Source: Convolutriloba macropyga
Lineage: Eukaryota
Assembly: GCF_964194025.1 (NCBI RefSeq)
Contig: NC_134472.1
Location: 34,162,001-34,226,000, forward strand
Direction: 5' to 3'
DNA length: 64,000 bases
Positions 61,231 to 64,000 of the stretch are shown here, piece after piece. The notes under the pieces are model-generated. The model was not told the DNA's origin and did not search any database. It worked only from the letters and a program-made list of their open reading frames with translations. The first letter of the stretch is position 1. Every line of letters starts with the position of its first letter. The position numbers and the translations under genes are program-made.

Positions 61231-64000
61231 GACAACCCTAAAAAAGTAAAATAGCGTCCTTCGCCTGATTCTTTTTTAAAAAAAATAATGAAAATTGCCA
61301 TTTGGCAGACTTTTTAATTTTGTTTTTTATCTTCTATCTAAATCCATGCAAAACAACACTGTTTTAAATGTTTTTGCAAGGCCACCGAACAGCACATATT
61401 ACCCACTAATCTTATGTCGACTTAAATCCTAAAACTAAAATCATGTCAACATATATCGACATTGACTGAAACTATTTCAACATGAGTCGACATATAATCC
61501 CAGCGCGTTGGATCCCGGAAATCCTATTAAGATCCCGGTTTTTTTCCCGACAAGATACGGGAAAAACACGAGGAAGATTCGGGGATCTTACCGGGAAAAT
61601 TACCGGGAATTTCAGGATGTGCCAAGATAGAGCAAGATCCCGCATTTCCCGCCGGGAATTCCGGGACATTTAAGAACCCTGACAGTAAAACCGGGAAGAA
61701 ATTAAATCCAGGCGGGGTTTTCGGGATTCACCAGTGAGATCTTACCGGAAAACTCGAAAATTTAAGATTTCCGCCAGTATTTCCTGGATTTCTCCGCCGG
61801 GCTCTTACCGGGAAAATCGGGAAATTTAAGATTCCAGCCAGTATTTCCGGGATTTTACCGGGGAAACTGGAAATTTAAAATTCCCGCCGGTTTTTCCGGG
61901 AATGAGATGCCGGTCTTACCGGGAAAACCAGTAAAATTATAATTCCGTGAAGGAATACACATGGCACAAGCATAACAGACATATAAAAAATTTAAGCAAA
62001 AATTATTGCCTTCACATAATTTCGTTTTTGAGACCTGTTATTCCAAATCTGGGCAAAAATTTTTATTAGCGCAAAATAATTATATAGATAGTCTTTTGTT
62101 TGTAGGTGTCAAAAAAGGCGAAACCGTTTCGCAGATAAATGAAGTTCTATATAGAACTTCATTTATCTGCGAAACGATTTCATTGATAACCAATCTAAAA
62201 GTAAAATTTCTTGTCTCACTTGTTCGTACCAACAAAAATGAAATTTAAAATGAATGAAACCTTGCACTCTGTAGAATTGCAAATACTAGCGTAAAATAAC
62301 GTAGTAAATATGCTCTGGAAAATACTTAGTTGGCCGTTCTTCGCTCCTCTTATTATTAAATGGATTTTATAGTTTTATCTAATTTATCAAAAAAAATTAA
62401 TTTTTTATTATAGATGATGTAAAAAATGTAGATAAGGTTTTTCTGCTTCTAATGATATCAACCACACTAAACAAAATTTTATACAGAAAGATTTTTAATG
62501 TTTAAAATTGTGAAAAAATGACATTTTTCAAATCAATTTTGTTTATCCTTAAAAATCAAAAATTATTAATTCCCGCTGTAGGTTATGTGCAGTTTACAAA
62601 TGCAATAATTAAAAATTAATTATCAAAAAGTTATATTTGTTATAAAAGATTAAAAACAACTAAGTTTTAAAGTTCTCAGAAATTTAAATTAAGGCGAAGC
62701 TATGACAGAGTCTATGAATAAAACTACAGCAGAAACACGAAAAGAATTAAACAATCTAGAAAAAAACAGTAGATAAAGATTAGAAGTTTAACAAAAACTG
62801 CAAGAATGTTATAATAATTTAGAAGAGTTGTTTGATCCATAAGCAAAAAAAATCAGTGAAATTGCATCGCAGATAAGTTCACAAACTAGTACTCTAATAC
62901 ATAGCAATAGAACAATTTATGAAGCTTTAACGGATGCATCTTTGGCACTAGCTTTAAACGTGCCTTCACAGAAGCTATATTTGGTCTCCAATAGAAGCAA
63001 AAACTAGGCACTCTTCGGAATATTGTATCAACTTTACCAGTAGTGTGTGATATTGAATACCCGACAAACCTAAAGAAAGTAAAATGGCGTCTTTCGCCGT
63101 TCTTTTTTTAAAAAAAATAATGAAAAGTGCCATTTGGCAGACTTTTTAATTTTGTTTTTTTATCTTCTATCGAAATCCATGCAAAACAACACGGTTTTAA
63201 ATGTTTTTGCAAGGCCACCGAACAGCACATATTACCCACTACTCTTATGTCGACTTATATCCTAAAACTAAAATCATGTCAACATATATCGACATTGACT
63301 GAAACTATTTCAACATGAGTCGACATATAATCACAACGCGTTGGATCCCGGAAATCCTAATAAGATCCCGGTTTTTTTCCCGACAAGATACGGGAAAAAC
63401 ACGAGGAAGATTCGGGGATCTTACCGGGAAAATTACCGGGAATTTCGGGATGTGCCAAGATAGAGCAAGATCCCGCATTTCCCGCCGGGAATTCCGGGAC
63501 ATTTAAGAACCCTGACTGTAAAACCGGGAAAAAATTAAATCCAGGCGGGGTTTTCGGGATTCACCAATGAGATCTTACCGGAAAACTCGAAAATTTAAGA
63601 TTTCCGCCAGTATTTCCGGGATTTCTCCGCCGGGCTCTTACCGGGAAAATCGGGAAATTTAAGATTCCAGCCAGTATTTCCGGGATTTATCGGCCGGGAT
63701 ATTACCGGGGAAACTTGGAAATTTAAAATTCCCGCCGGTTTTTCCGGGAATGAGATGCCGGTCTTACCGGGAAAACCAGTAAAATTATAATTCCGTGAAG
63801 GAATACACATGGTACAAGCATAACAGACATACAAAAAATTTAAGCAAAAATTATTGCCTTCACATAATTTCGTTTTTGAGACCTGTTATTCCAAATCTGG
63901 GCAAAAATTTTTATTAGCGCAAAATAATTATATGGATAGTCTTTTGTTTGTAGGTGTCAAAAAAGGCGAAACCGTTTCGCAGATAAATGAAGTTCTATAT
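61142..64000 (+). repeat. Recent direct duplication, period about 1.83 kb (second copy starts at 62974 and runs off the window)
   Basis: 61142-62152 is nearly identical to 62974-64000; duplicated ORF pairs in the track are offset by 1833. Confidence 0.95.
61499..61930. mobile_element. One arm of a CCCAG-terminated element with dense CCGGGA/TCCCGG subterminal repeats (duplicated at about 63332-63780)
   Basis: Abrupt GC-rich start CCCAGCGCGTTGG and about 20 CCGG-core motifs in both orientations; no matching second terminus seen. Confidence 0.55.

Noticed and set aside
62600-62970. Polinton-like coding remnant (KLQECYNNLEELFDP)
   Set aside because: A short, interrupted resemblance from memory that cannot be supported without a profile search.

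Overview
AT-rich, repeat-dense nuclear DNA from an animal; the host cannot be identified from the sequence alone. Two spliced protein-coding genes can be reconstructed by hand, arranged tail-to-tail. (1) A 5-exon EamA/SLC35G-like transporter on the + strand (4915-23921, about 352 aa) with large, transposon-filled introns. (2) A 5-exon Gsx/ind-type ParaHox homeobox gene on the - strand (41201-38342, about 384 aa) with an N-terminal eh1-like motif and an intron inside the homeobox; it sits in a short island with no recognisable transposon, and no Pdx or Cdx partner is visible in the window. Most of the remainder is mobile-element debris: a multi-copy non-autonomous Helentron/DINE-1-like family with stacked internal 3'-end hairpins, CCCAG-terminated (CMC/EnSpm-like) elements carrying internal satellites, two decayed BEL/Pao copies in tandem, Ty3/gypsy remnants with two related LTRs, LINE fragments and local tandem duplications. 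Most ORFs in the supplied track are spurious. All splice models and alignments were made by eye and need RNA-seq or computational confirmation.
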